DNA of 64,000 nucleotides, from positions 2,666,001-2,730,000 of the forward strand of contig OZ234494.1 in assembly GCA_965153455.1 (NCBI GenBank), written 5' to 3'. Under the pieces are notes generated by a model, which was not told the origin of the DNA, made no database searches, and worked only from the letters and a program-made list of their open reading frames with translations. How positions within the stretch are numbered: position 1 is the first letter of the stretch; every line of letters begins with the position of its first letter. The stretch is from Sphagnum compactum (Eukaryota). Shown here in pieces: positions 37,006 to 50,479 of the stretch. The position numbers and the translations under genes were made by a program.

Positions 37006-38034
37006 TGTAATTGCTATAGATGTGTAACTGCACATAATCATACACAAATTTGTTGCATGACAAAAAATGACAAGTTCATAGAACATATCTGTTACATGAG
37101 AATCTTATTTCACTCTGGTTTGACTTGATTACAGAAGCCTTAAAAGCATGGGCACAACAAACAGCACTACAGTGTTCAGCCATCCATGGGATGTATATTG
37201 TGTGCAGAAGAACCTGCTCTACCACCATGCAGGATAGACAGTGCCATTTGCTAGATCATGCTTCAACTCTCCAGACCCCATAGAAAGCCAGTAGAAACAT
37301 CTACTGCAAAGATGAACATCAACAGATAAGAGGACAATGAAGATATCAGCCACCTTACATAATCTCTGTCATCATCACTGACGTAATCAAATGCACACTC
37401 CAATCTCTTTCAACCTACATACTTTATTTTATACAACATGGAGGCAAATGCAGATACTCCACAAACACCTGTGCTCCAGTGTTGTGATTCAATTGGCATC
37501 CAATCTCCAACTTCAAATGTGTGCTTGTACATGTGCATGTCTGACAAATGTCAAACCAGTACGAAACTCTTGAGTTAACAAACTAAAATCCCAAACAGGC
37601 ATGACAAATTCTCGCAACACAGATCTTCAATTCCAATCATCTTCATGATGATTTACTATTCCTGCACTGAAGCAATGAGGTATCATGTTTCTGTCCTCCC
37701 AAAAAGTTGAAGACCACACACTGGGAAACTTCTTTGGCTCATGGTCTGAGACACATCCACTTACTGATCAAGAAGCAACCCAAAGCATTTCAGTTTGCAC
37801 CAGATGAATTAAGCTATTCAAGGATGAAAACTGACACAGAACCTTAAAAAAACAATGTTGAGATTGTACTGATCCACATGAATGACAGAAAATACAATTT
37901 CAACCTGGCCCCCTCTGCATAACCTACTGAAGCAGCTTATATAAAGATCCTCACTAAAGCAATCCTAGAGGCTTTGTATCACTTGGCTTGCAAGAATCTT
38001 GTCGGCCATGCTAAAAAAAAGCTGCTTTAGCAAC

Positions 38035-39923
38035 TTAAGCTCTATCAGCCCTTGGAGTAGCCCACTCCACTCGGAGAATGAGATTGTCATAACCATAACC
38101 ATCCAACTTGTTGATTGCTCGAATAGCATCATCCCTGCAAACAATTTCAGTATTGAGTCACTGAATCAGCACATCACACCAAAACAGTCACATGTTGACA
38201 GACCAGATCATGAGCAAAACTTAAATCATCTACTGCTGTTTCATCAATGTGAAATTGAGCTGGAGACTTGCTGCTTAGGTTTACAACACAGGGAAATGCG
38301 TTGACAGACCTCAAACTAGAATGATCACTAAATATCAAGGACATAATATGCTAGAAATTGCAAAGGAAAGAGCAGATTTTCATACTGCTTTCTCATATAC
38401 AAGCCTGGCACTTCACAGCATAATCAAGTTCTTTCACATAATTCATTATACAAGTAGCAATACTCTAAACATGATAATTGAGGACATTCATATCTATAAA
38501 TCTTGTGCTGGAAGTCAATTCATTTTGAGTCATGTGAACCAAGACCCTGAAGTCCTCAAGCCTGTTTCTAAGGTTGGTTGATACTGTAATTTGCTAGTTT
38601 GGATTTATTCTTCAGAAAATGTGAAAGAATATGTGAGATGACCCACCGGCTGACAAAATTGATGAATGCAAAACCACGACTGAGTCCAGTTTCTCGGTCA
38701 AAAGCAACGTAGATGCGGGAAATGGCACCGAAGGGCCGGAACAACTCCTGAAGATCCTGTTCACGGGTATCCTCTGATAAGTTTGTGACCCGAATGGAGT
38801 TGTCATCTCTCCCCCGACGCATACTATCACCGTCATTAGTACTGGCTCCTCCTCGCCTAGATGGGGGAATGTATGATCCTTTTGCACTGGCTGCTCCAGC
38901 AGATCCAACCAGACCTCCCAAGTCATCATCCATTGGAGGCTTCTCACCTCCAACAGCAAAGCCCTTTGTTGCAGCCAACTCCTTGAAGGGACACTTGGAG
39001 GTCCAGTGATCACCCTTCTTTCCACATGTCCTGCAGACAATAAGTGATGCATTTCCGAGGCTTGCAAGATCAGCTCCCTTCTCAATTTCTTGCTTCGTGC
39101 CAGCTGCCCTAGTCCTCTCCAGAAAAATCTCCTCCGTTGACACGACAGTCAGATTCTCAGAAGCATTTTGGCCCAGTGCATCACCAAACTTCTTCAGGGA
39201 TCGCCGCCGAATTGCAGCTGGGTTCAGCTTCTTCACCTACAACAGGAAGAGATACAAGAAATCGCAAAATAAAAAAAACATGCAAATCGCCTGAAGGGGC
39301 AAAGATTACAGTGCAGAAACCCTGAAATATCTAAAATCGTCAGCAAGACGTAAATCCGGAAGGAAAAAATGGGCTGCTGATTCTAGGATGAACTTCCAGG
39401 CCTTCAGGGAGGAAAGAAAATGCCAGTAGTGGAAGATTACTTAGATTTTTAAGTGAAATTTTCGTTGCTATTTCTTGCTTTAGAATCAAGCTTCAAAGAA
39501 CTAGCAATCTGACTGCAGGCAGAGCCTTCAACCTTGCGAGTCACAAACCGGGCCATCATCTCTGACCGAGTACATATGTTGAACTTCAGCAGTAAAACCT
39601 AGCAAGCCTTATCAACACGCTTTAAGCGCACAGCGGCGTCCCAAAGAAGGGTACACATGATACAAGAAACCATCGAAGACCATACTTAATGGAAGAGAAA
39701 AAACCCTTTGAAGAAGTTCCAGTATCAAACTACCCACCTGCTTCTTCACACGAACTGTTTTGGTGACCTTGATCCGCACCCCATCCTCGTTTTTCCTCCA
39801 CTCAATGATGATCTTCACGCCTTTCTCGTCAGGCCCAATGACTTGGGTGGGTGGCAATACACCCTCGATGCCATCGTCCTCTTCCGCAGCATCTCCCCAT
39901 CTGAAGTCTCTCCTCCCACCCAT
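38035..39923 (-). CDS. eIF3g: Eukaryotic translation initiation factor 3 subunit G (291 aa)
   Basis: Exons 39923-39738, 39236-38647 and 38134-38035 with GT-AG introns, 876 nt in frame. N-terminal RWGD...LPP..VIGPDEKG. Zinc knuckle CRTCGKKGDHWTSKC. RRM IRVTNLSEDTRE...SRGFAFINF...GYGYDNLILRVEWA. Confidence 0.97.
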
Positions 39924-40196
39924 GTTCGCTCCAAAAAACACTCCCTCCTCCCTCCTCACAACGCTCAAAGCCCAGACAAACCAAAAAAAAGGCTCAACAA
40001 ACAAAACCCCAAAGGAAAAAAAAACACACCGAAAAAAGCAGGCGTTCAACTGCTATCTCTCTAACAACCGAGGCAGCCAACAAAAGAAGGCACAAATCAA
40101 CGAGGATGCGAAGAAGAACAAAAGAGCGAGAGACGCAACAAAGACACAAGAAACATATCCTGGAACCCCAATATGCACGCTCCCGTGTAGCGGCGG

Positions 40197-40205
40197 AAAC
40201 CCTAA
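40197..40205 (+). promoter_or_regulatory. Telo-box (AAACCCTAA) upstream of eIF3g
   Basis: Exact motif about 275 bp 5' of the eIF3g ATG. Telo-boxes are established features of plant translation-machinery gene promoters and 5' UTRs. Confidence 0.6.
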
Positions 40206-43200
40206 TCCGGGTCACCCTCTATTACAGAGGTCCAACGGCATCGCGAGAATGGGACCTTCTGCGTAAGGTTCTGCAACCCGGGTGGGGGGGCCGGGGGGGC
40301 GGGTGGGGGTCCTTACTACTGTTTGTAAGGTGACTTGGCGTGAACTGCAAGTAAGGACCGGCCCTTGGAAAGGGGTCCCCAAATTCGGTGCCTATGCATT
40401 TGGCCTTGAGCTAGGTCCCTCAATTTTCTGAAACCTCCCTAGTCCTTGTAAGACAGCTCTTTTGTGCCTTAATAAACTCGGGCTCCAGACAACCGCACAC
40501 TTGAGCCTGTTACCGGACATAACCATCATCCATCATGAGAATCAAAGGATATTGTGTTTTCATCCATGTACAGAGTTGGCTATGAAATCTTCATCCAAAG
40601 GACAAGGGTTATGGAATCATTGGGCCAATAAAGAGCCCAAGGTGGTAACCATGTGCTAACTAGTAAGTTGCTAATGAAATGGAGGTCAAAGGTTATGGAC
40701 TTTTGGGTTACTGAAATTGGGGAAAATTTCCCCCCCCCCAAAATGAGCAAAATTAGTCAAATTTCCACTAGAATAGAAAAATTTACACTAGAATATTTTT
40801 TTAAAGAATTTAAAATTCTTTAAAAAATATTCAAAAACATCTTTTTTGGTCAAATAGAAAAATTAAAAAAACATGGTTGCCAATGAACAATTTTCTTGTT
40901 TATTATTTGAGTATCATAATTATCCTCAACATATTAGATTACTGAGTAATTGAGAATTAACATTCGACTAATTTTGCTAAATTTTTGGGTTAAATTTCGC
41001 CAGAATTTCAATATGAAAAAAATTAAAAATTAAAAAAATTAAAATTGCAAGGTTATTGCCTAAGTGGTTAGAACTTGGGATCCATGGCCTTCAAGTAATT
41101 GTCCACTCTTATTGCCCTGGTAGGTAATGGTTATTAAAAATAATAAACACATTCTTGTTATGTTTATGGGATAGTCTTAATTTTATAAGAAAATTATAAA
41201 AATTTCGGCACAAGTAAAATATATGAAAAATAAATTAATTTATGCCAAAACCGTTCATGTGCTACAATAGTTTAGACATTATGTTTGCTAGTGTATGGCA
41301 TTGACCTCCTTATATGGCCATACATTAGCCAACATATTATGTATTACACACACATAAATGTTGCAACATGCTTTTAGAACTTGTCTTAAACATTTCCAAA
41401 AAATAATTTAATTACCCCCAAACCTTAAAAGGTATTACAATATTCTATTTTGTGGTACATCTTGCCATGGATCTCTCTTTTAGGATTTAGGGTTTAGGGT
41501 AGCTTGGCAACTTTGACCCTAATTATATTATTCAAATGTTTTAGGAATTTTATTTTTCCAAATAATTTTTTTTGTGAAGGAAAATATAAAATGTATTAGA
41601 ATATTTTTAAAATTATATTTCTCAACATGAAATCTTCATAATTAATTAATTAATTAATTGACAAACATGTGTTGAAGCTACCCCCTTACTAGGTGAGGAT
41701 TATGAACATGATATTTGTTACCTTGATCTTGGTTACCAACCTAGTAGTAGGCCATCTACCTAGTAGGTGCCTTTCTTAGAGCCAATAAGAGAATGCCATG
41801 TGAGCAAGCTCTCTCAAAACCTTAACTAGGTTTTAACCTTATCAACCAAATGAGGATGAAATCCATTGGGCAAACTGGTGGAGTAAAATTTTGACTAGGG
41901 TAATGCCCAAGGAAGGAAGGGGTGTTCCCAAATAAGCACCCACTTAACATGGAGTCAATTTTGCTTGGTAATGTGCCCTCTCTAGACTAGATACACTAGA
42001 ACTTTTTTTACTTGTGATTTTATGTTTATAATTTATTTTCTTGGAGAGTATTAATGTTTTGCAAGTATCTGATTTTTTTTCATATTTTTTAGCTCAAATA
42101 TTTTTCATAAATATAGAATATTTTCCCGTTGAACAATGGCATATCATCACCCTTGGAAAATCCTATCCATGCTAGATTTGGGTGTGTAGAGAGAATTGAG
42201 AAATTATTGAGTGAAATTTTGGGTCTACATATCCACAACCACATACCATAGTGCTTAGGCCAATTCAAAATTAATTAAATTTTTGGTGATTTTTTTGGAT
42301 AAATATTCAATAGTTGAATTCAAATTTCCAGAAAATATTAACATATTTTCTCACGTATTATTTTTCCCCCATTCAATTGGTTTAGTTTTTTTTTTTTTTT
42401 TTTCCAAAAGAAATTAAGTGATTGCCTAGTATGTGCACATGAGAAAGTTGACATCTTGATAAAGAAAATAATAATAATAACAATGACTCTTTCATTGCTC
42501 TAAAAGTATACTACTTAACCCCCTTAACTTCACGAAAGTGTAATTAGCGTCAATTTTTAGTTAATCAATACTCAATATATGCCAATTTGCCAATTAATAA
42601 TTTAACCTTTGTTGAAAATTGAAATTAATTTTAAAATGAGTGTCAAATTGAGTTTTAAAAATTTAAAAAAAAATCAATGACATATTCAACAATGGGCTGT
42701 TGAATTGGCCTAGGTACTCTTGTGTGGTTAAATAGGTAACAGGCATGGGTTACTAGTTCCTACCCTTGATTAAACCTTTGACCAATAAATTAATTAATTA
42801 AAAAAATTTATATATATAGATTATATATATATATATATATACTTACTTACTTAAAAAACTAATTGGGGAACCATTTTGGATATTTTCAAATTTAGACTTG
42901 CAATTTCAAGCATGGCAAAAAATATAATGGACCAAATTTTTTTTGTCTCCACAAATAAAATCTAGTGCACATGGCCATTCATATTTTTAAACTTCCATTA
43001 ATTATAGTTTATAATATGTTCGTCCTTTTTTTAAATAGGATGGTCCCACACACACACCCATAATTTGGCCTCTTTCCTAAGGAGGACTTCAATAGGATAT
43101 TCCACAAAAAATTCCATCCTGTAATGCCTACTATAAATAAAATGAGTTAAATAAAATCATCCATAACCTATTGTTTAGAGGCTCTTGAGCCCTTTTTTTT

Positions 43201-43527
43201 CATCCATCTGTAACCAGAGTTATGTGACTTTTCATCAGTGGTTGTTTCTTTTTCCTTTTCTTTTAATTAATTAATTATTATTCTTTTCTGATGTCTCCCT
43301 CTACCTCCTCCCAGTTCCAACTCAACCCGAATAAAAAAAGGAAAGAAAAGAGAGGAAAAAGAGAGGAAAGAAAAAGAAAATTTGAAGGTACTTACTTACT
43401 TGGGCCAGAGGACAAGACACGTGGCAGGTTGATTACGAAATTCGTTTCACACACACGGAAACTGACCCTATGGACAACTGAAGAGCCGTTTTCACACTTG
43501 GGGCTCACCTACCGACCCCGCAACTGT

Positions 43528-43529
<2 letters not shown>

Positions 43530-43563
<34 letters not shown>
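43530..43563. repeat. (CT)n microsatellite at the probable TSS/5' UTR of the TRF-like gene
   Basis: Direct reading; marks the switch from AT-rich to GC-richer sequence. Confidence 0.85.
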
Positions 43564-43566
<3 letters not shown>

Positions 43567-44808
43567 GCCTTGTTCTCTCTGCGGTGTGCACAGCGATGGC
43601 GTCTCTTGTACACCACTTTTGTCCCTCCCGATTTCCAATTTGTGTGTCGCAATCCCTCCATTTGGTGCTTCAGCCCATCTGATTGCTGAAATTTTGCTCC
43701 TGGTTTCCTTTTTCCTCCTGCGAAAAACTGTCTTTTATCCGCTCCGGAATCTCCGTTGGTGACGTCGAGCTTCTGAGATGATGATGGTGGAGGCTCAATA
43801 GCGTGGCTGCCGCATCCGGATTTTTTTTTTGTTTGGTTGCAACGGTGAAACTTCCTTCCGGGGCTGCAATTGTCGGGTTTTCGTAAGTAAGGGGAGCGGT
43901 AAGCGGCCGGAAACAACTGCTACTACGGCACGGGAGTTGCGATAATTTTGGTTATTTCGTGTATAAGAGGTGCTTTCCTTATCCTATTGAGAGTCTCTCG
44001 TCTCAATTTTGATACGAGGTAGCAAGGGTTTGGTGCTTGTTTTCCTGCCCGTGTGCTTTGTGAGGCATTTTTGTGTTTGCACTTTTGGCTATAGATCAGA
44101 AATATATGCGTAGGAAGATGCGGGGATGTGTTTTGTGAGTGTGTATTTTCTTCCGTCCTGTGTTTCCTCTCCCCTCCCCGTTTTTCCCGCCCCTCCCCCC
44201 GTCCCACAAGAAGATCTTCACGAGGACTAATAACCGGAGAAATAACCATCCATCGATGTGTTCTCGCACTTCTTCACATCATGTGCTTGCAAGAACTCTA
44301 TTTCCGTGTCTCTGGGATTATCACTGTGAGCCCCGTCTACGGTGAGCAGGTCGTTGACTTTGAGAAATTGTTGGATCAGGTCGACAAGCGCTTGTTAGAA
44401 AACTCTTGGCGGTCGGTGTCCGTTTCAAAGGCGGGGACTTCGTCCGTTAAGCAAAGGTCCAGTGTCAATCCGGATCTTACAGGACACTTCTTGAACCGGG
44501 ATGCCTATGGAAAAACAAAATCTGAGATTGACTCTCTCGTCTGCACGTAGTCTTAGGAGGCCAAAAAATATGGTGCGCTTCTGTGACGAGAATCCTGTTT
44601 TTTCTCCGACTGTCGTAGATAGTGCTCCTATCGCTCTCCATCTCTTGTACTATTGACAGATCGATACTTCTCCTTGTAGAACTCATTTGAAGGTAAAAAA
44701 GAACGAGTTGCTGCCAGGATTTGCTCAAACACATGATATCAGACTTGACTTGTTTGTGTGTACTTTCAGGATTCTGTCTATGTAAGGTTGTAGATTAGTC
44801 CCACAGCA

Positions 44809-47800
44809 ATGTTGGAGCCTACAGACGACAAAAGTGATGAAGGACCTTCTTCAACTATGGGTGAGCAGCCTTCTGCTGCCAACAAGAGGGGGGCCACCGA
44901 TCGGCTGGTTTACAAGTTAGTCAAGGTATGAGTCTTTGCCCTGCTTTTCTGTCTTCATCTGAAATCTCTACACAGAGAGAGAGTTGTGCCAAGTAATTTG
45001 GCAGATAGCCCATACTTTTATAGGCATGAGTGAAGCAAATTTCTGAAGTGTGGTCTTTTGCAGTGCTGCATATATTTAAGCTTGACCATGATGGGGGCAG
45101 GTTGGAGATGATGGATCAGTTCTTCCGGCCACAGAGGATGAAGTTTTCCAGTCATTGGTAGAAGGAAGCAATGGTGGACGTGCACCCTCATATATTGGAG
45201 GGAGTGATGTGAATGAGGATGATGAGGATGAGGATGGTAGTGATGGATCTCTTGATTCCAATGAGGATGATTCAGATGGAAAGGAGGATCCATCATGTCA
45301 GTCTATTGTCTGAACTCTCTGCTTTTAATGATTGGGATTGCTTGCTGCACATTGCTCCCATTTCAGCTATACACCAGTATAGCTGTGGTAGGACACCTGC
45401 TTGAGTGTATTCTTGAGAGTTGTTGTGTTCTTGGATTCATGACCACAAATGCTGCACCTCACCAAGAGCTCTAAAATCTGTCTTGCTGTCAGATTGCTGG
45501 CTAACCTGGAAGTCCTTTAGAGGTTATTTGTAATCTGTCCATATTTGGATGAGTGGGCAAGCCCTATCTGTATGTGTGGAGGGTTGAGGAATCAGTGATG
45601 TTGTTCTGGATCACAGTTCCCTCAGGACGGGAGGACCTTGTGGCTGCAAGGCAGAAGCTGCTGTCACAACTTGAGGTACACCAACTCACAGTGTTGCCAG
45701 TAATAGCTTTTTTACCAGTGAATGTTAGGAACGGTTGTGTGGTGTGGAGGGACTCAAGGTACATTTGCAGTGTTTTGCTTGACTTTCTGAGCTTGCTAGT
45801 CTGCTGATGGACTAAATGTTGAAGGTGAAGGCCTCTCAGTTACTACATCCTTGGACGCAGAAGGCTCGTAGGACAAAGAAACATCAAGATTCAAGAGTAT
45901 GTACGTCTGTATGCGTTTTCTTGTGAGCCTCAATAGACACTGTTTGCCTACTGGTGGCTGTAGGATTTTCTCACATTGAGATCTGGTCAAGATCTGGTTG
46001 GTACCAAGGTGCTCTTTGCCTTGCTGGTCCAATGTCCTTTAGATTAGTATAATGGTTGGTAGTTGTGTCTTGGTTTCTCACTTGTCTCTGACATTGAGTT
46101 GCACAAAGGAGGTATGTTTGAAGGTGCTGGTGGAAGCATTTGACACCTCATCTTCACATTGGTCTTCAAGTGGGTGACTTCTTTCATGAATGTTGAGCTA
46201 CAATAACAACTCAGAACAACTTTTTCTTTTGTGATAAATGCTCTGAAACTTTGGGTTATCTGTTTTTTTGCAGGTTGTGGATACAATGCTGTTGAGAGTG
46301 GATGCAGAAGAGCAGCAGCGAGTAGCAGTAGAAGATCAGATTGGCACTGTGCTTGGTCATGAGAGTAATTCACCTGGCTATCTCAATGCAGGCGATGCAA
46401 TTGGAGACTACAAGAGACTACGTCGACCCAACCCAAAGTACTTTGACTCTGATGCTGGAACTGATGCTGTTCCTCCTGGAATAACTGTACCAATGACATT
46501 GAGCTCCAGTGTGGGAGACCTTATTGCAACAGGGATATCACCTGAAAAGCAGCCTTTACAGCCATCTGGTTTAGTTGTTTTTCCAAGAACTACATCTGGG
46601 TGGGCCTCTCAACAAAGTTCCATCCGAACTGCAGGCACACACAGGGCGAGAACTGTAGTGGCTCAGAAAACTGCCCGAAAATCCAACAAAGTTCAGGTGC
46701 CAGGGTCAGTAGTAGTTCCTGCTGTCAACAGTATGTCTAATGTGGCTTCATTGGACAATCTTTCTATACGTGAACTTCATGAGGCTTTCCGCAGCACCTA
46801 TGGTCGTGACACATCTGTTAAAGACAAACACTGGCTGAAGCGCCAAATTTCCACTGGGTGGAGCAAACAGCGTGATGCTGCTTTGAATGCAGGCACACAT
46901 GCTCACCTGTCTTCACAAATTGATTTGAAACTCAGGCCAGAGCAACAACTGTCTGCTGAACAATCCCTCCCCCCATCAACTGCTGCCACAGCAATGGTCA
47001 GTGAGAGGGACACAGTCAATGATACTCAAGAACCAGGGACAAATGGTGTTGGAGTGACTCAAGGGCTGGTTACTAATGGGGTAAACAGCAAACAGTCTCC
47101 ACACAGAGGCCTTCCTCTGGCAGTAATCTCTCCAGCAGAAGGGTTTGATGCCTCAACTCCTGGCAGTGTGAATGAAATGGGATCTGGTGGTGTTCAAATA
47201 GCCATATTTGGTGAGGTTGTCAACACTGGGAAGCAGGTTGGTGGGAAAAGGCAGCGGAAGCCAAATCGCCGCTATATTGAGGATGAAGGAGAGGTAAGGC
47301 CAGGCACTATCCTAGCTAATGGCAGCAGGCCAGGTCCTGTTGGGAGTGCTGGTTTTGGAATGTCCACTAGGCTTTCTTGGAGAACTGTTGTAACAAATGG
47401 ACCTGATTACCTTATTGGTCAATCTGCGACCATGAGGGGTTCAACATTGCGAAATTCTTCCCAGACAAACATTCTTCAAGGCCAACGCACGAAACCTAGC
47501 AATGGTAGTCTGGTACGTACATTGTTTTTTTCAAGTGTTTCCTGCAACTGTGTTTGAGTGTTTTCTCTGTGCCTGAACTTGTGGATGCTTGTGCTGGTCC
47601 CTGCCAGAATGAAGACATTTCATTAGGTTGATTTGCAAAATATCTTTGCCCTCTTGTTTTATTTTTGTAATTTGGATTTCTCAGGAGAGAAAGTTTCCTT
47701 TCTCTTCCAGACTTGTAGAGACAGGTGGAGTGGTCAGTTCAGTCTGGGTTGGGTGCATACAGAAGCGCAAAGCACAAGGAAGGGCTGCAAAGCTTGTGAA

Positions 47801-50479
47801 GATGGCTCATTCTGCAGCACGAGCTGCACAGCATGACACTGAGGGGACTATTCGCAAAGTGAAATTTCGGTTACCTGCTGTGCCTGGCAGGGAGAAGGTA
47901 ATAATTAAGACTGACTTCCAACCCAACTTCATGTGACAGTCTTTGTTAAAGAGGACCCTACAGTTTTGTGCACTAAAAGAGCTCCACTTTAAGGAGCATA
48001 ACTGCACCTTCTTTGTATGGTCAACTGACAAGAAATTTGTCTACCAGTGAAGGAAGCTTGTTTGTGATATTGCATCTCATATATAGTTCTATCTGATGAA
48101 CAACCAGACTTTTGGATTCCCCTTCTATTCCTGGAGATTTGCCTTGTCTGTTGGTTGTCTCCAGTTTAAGAATTGTGGACATTGAACCCTTTCGTTTGTG
48201 TGTCCCGGCTGTTCCCTTTCTTTCTCTTGAAGATTGTCTGGTTGGCTTCCAGGATGGCTGGTATGAGTTGAATCGAGATGCTGGGGATCAAGTATTGTGC
48301 TTGTTGCCAGTGTCCTCAGGGGATTCTACAGATCTCCTGCAATCTCTGGCTTCAGAGAATGGGGCAGATGCTGCTGGGGAACAGCTTGTTGCCACAGTTC
48401 CAACTGCCAATGGCGGAACACGCCGGAAACATCACCGTCCATGGACTCTTCGTGAAGTGATGACATTGGTTGAGGGTGTTGCACATTGTGGTGGGGGCAA
48501 GTGGGCTGATATAAAGAAGTTGGCTTTTTCTTCTGTTGGTTACAGAACAGCTGTTGATTTGAAGGTAAACTTTTCTCCTGGTAGACATAGCTGGGATCTG
48601 TTACAGATTGAACTTGACTGACTGTTTGCAAGACATTTATTTTTTTGATTGGTCTGACATGGTACTTTTGATATAACAAGCGGCATTTATCATGTATGCT
48701 AGATTTCTTACCTATTTCCTGACAAATATGAGGTGGCTGTTGTAGGCAGATAGATGTAGACACTGTCTCCACATAGGTATGTCACATAACAGAGAAGGTT
48801 TGCAGCTTCTTACAGTGATCTGCAAAGGTAACAGGCATAGATTGTGAGGGCCAGCAGGACATGACTTTTATAGTTCATATGCCTCATCGGTTTAGTTGGC
48901 TACTTTCCTGCAGATTTCTGCATCTGGCTTGTAGTGGTATTATCTTGTTGCATCCATGTGCCTACATGTTTTTTTTTCCTGACAGGATAAGTGGCGAAAC
49001 TTGTTGCGAGCTAGCAGAGCTCAGTTATATCCACCTAAGCAGGTATGTCTTTCCCACAAGCACTGATGTTTCTAGTTTTTCCATCAGTAGGCTCTGTAGT
49101 TCCAAAGAGTTCCTCAGAGCTCAAATGGTGGGTTAATCATTCTTCTGAAGAACAAAAATCACACTTTGAAACTTCTATTAATGAATCCGAGAATCACCTA
49201 ACAATGAAAGAACTCTGTTTGGAGTCTCAGCATTTTTGAATGTTTGAAAGGATTCTTCCAGTGGCTGCTTGGTTCCAAGTGGGGAGCTTTCCAAAGCCCA
49301 CTTTGTTTGGAAGTTGTATGTTCAGAACTTTTTTCACCCTCAATTCTCTCTTCTGTCCTGATGTCTCTTTTCTGCCTTGTCTTTTTCCCTTTTCTTTGTG
49401 TTCCCCATTCTATTTGGTTTTCTGTTTGTGTTTCCATTGCTTTTATTTTGTTGAGGAACCCAACATTGTGGCTGAATTTTCCTGTTACTATGAGTTTTGT
49501 GACACTATCTTAGTGCAATGGTTAATGTTTGACATTAATCCCCACCCATTTCTGGGAGCTGATGAATGCATTGGGGATTATATGGTATATGTAATACCCT
49601 ATATGTGCCTGTTAAAGGTTCCTGAACATGATATGACCATTTCTGACCTACAAACTGCACCTCAGTTTTTTGGTTTTGTTTTTGGTCCTGATGTCTTTAG
49701 GGGTGAGTTTCCTCCTGATTGGCTGATCTGAAATATCCATAACCTTGTTTGTTATTGCTTCATCTTTCAATTATATTCAGGTTGAGACTTGAATCAGAAG
49801 CATCAGAAATTATGTAGACATATATTGTCGAGGTAGCCAGAATCATGGCTGAATATTCCCATTGCTTTCAGATTTTGTGATACTAATTCAGTATGTTAGT
49901 TGATGTTTGACATTGACCTAACCACTGCCATTAATTTATGATGTCATTGGGGGGGTCTATGTAAGTCACTACCATGCATGCTGCTGTTGATGGTCACTGG
50001 CATGTGAGAGACAGTTGCTGTTGTTCACACTGCTTTTCAGTTCTGAACTGTTCTCTTTGCTTGATTTTTTCTTGCCTGTTCCTCCACAGTTTGCGGTTGT
50101 GTTAACTTGACTTTTGGTCAGAAATGTCCCTATTGATGTGACTCAAATTGTAAATGTGGAGAGTTTTCAATATTTATAAAGATATTTACTTGGTAGTCTT
50201 TGCATGATTTCTTCTGGTTTGTTTCACTCTGTGAGGATATCAAGAAGGATGGAGAATAGCCAGATGATGACATAGTTTTTTGTATTTGGTATATGAATAA
50301 TTATATACTATGGGGAACAATCCTAACAGGGAGAAAGGAAGAAGCAGTTTACAGCAGCTATTCCAGCCAACATCTTAGCCCGTGTTCGTGAGTTGGCAGC
50401 CCTCCAACACCAAGTGCCCCCAGGTGCAGGTGCTGCAGGGAGCACAAGCCGCAATGGGAGAAGTGTACATAGAAAATAG
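44809..50479 (+). CDS. TRFL6: TRF-like telomere repeat-binding Myb-domain protein (TRFL3/TRFL6-type), ~754 aa
   Basis: Predicted exons 44809-44925, 45101-45296, 45617-45675, 46274-47512, 47763-47897, 48253-48564, 48986-49042 and 50330-50479 (all GT-AG, 2265 nt, frame consistent). Motifs VYKLVK/VGDDGSVLPATEDE, LDNLSIRELHEAFRSTYGRDTSVKDKHWLKR and KRQRKPNRRYIE. Telobox Myb RRKHHRPWTLREV...GKWADIK...RTAVDLKDKWRNLLRAS, then IPANILARVRELA. The symbol denotes the family, not proven orthology. Confidence 0.9.

Noticed and set aside
42236-42729. Short inverted pair (taggccaattcaa / ttgaattggccta) suggesting a MITE
   Set aside because: Boundaries and TSD could not be defined
44128-44550. 140-aa ORF upstream of the TRFL start
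   Set aside because: Non-ATG start in the track and no domain; more simply leader or intron sequence
49560-49646. TGATGA...CTGA pair resembling a C/D-box snoRNA in the TRFL intron
   Set aside because: No terminal stem, no rRNA complementarity that I could identify, and box C is not preserved in the duplicated copy
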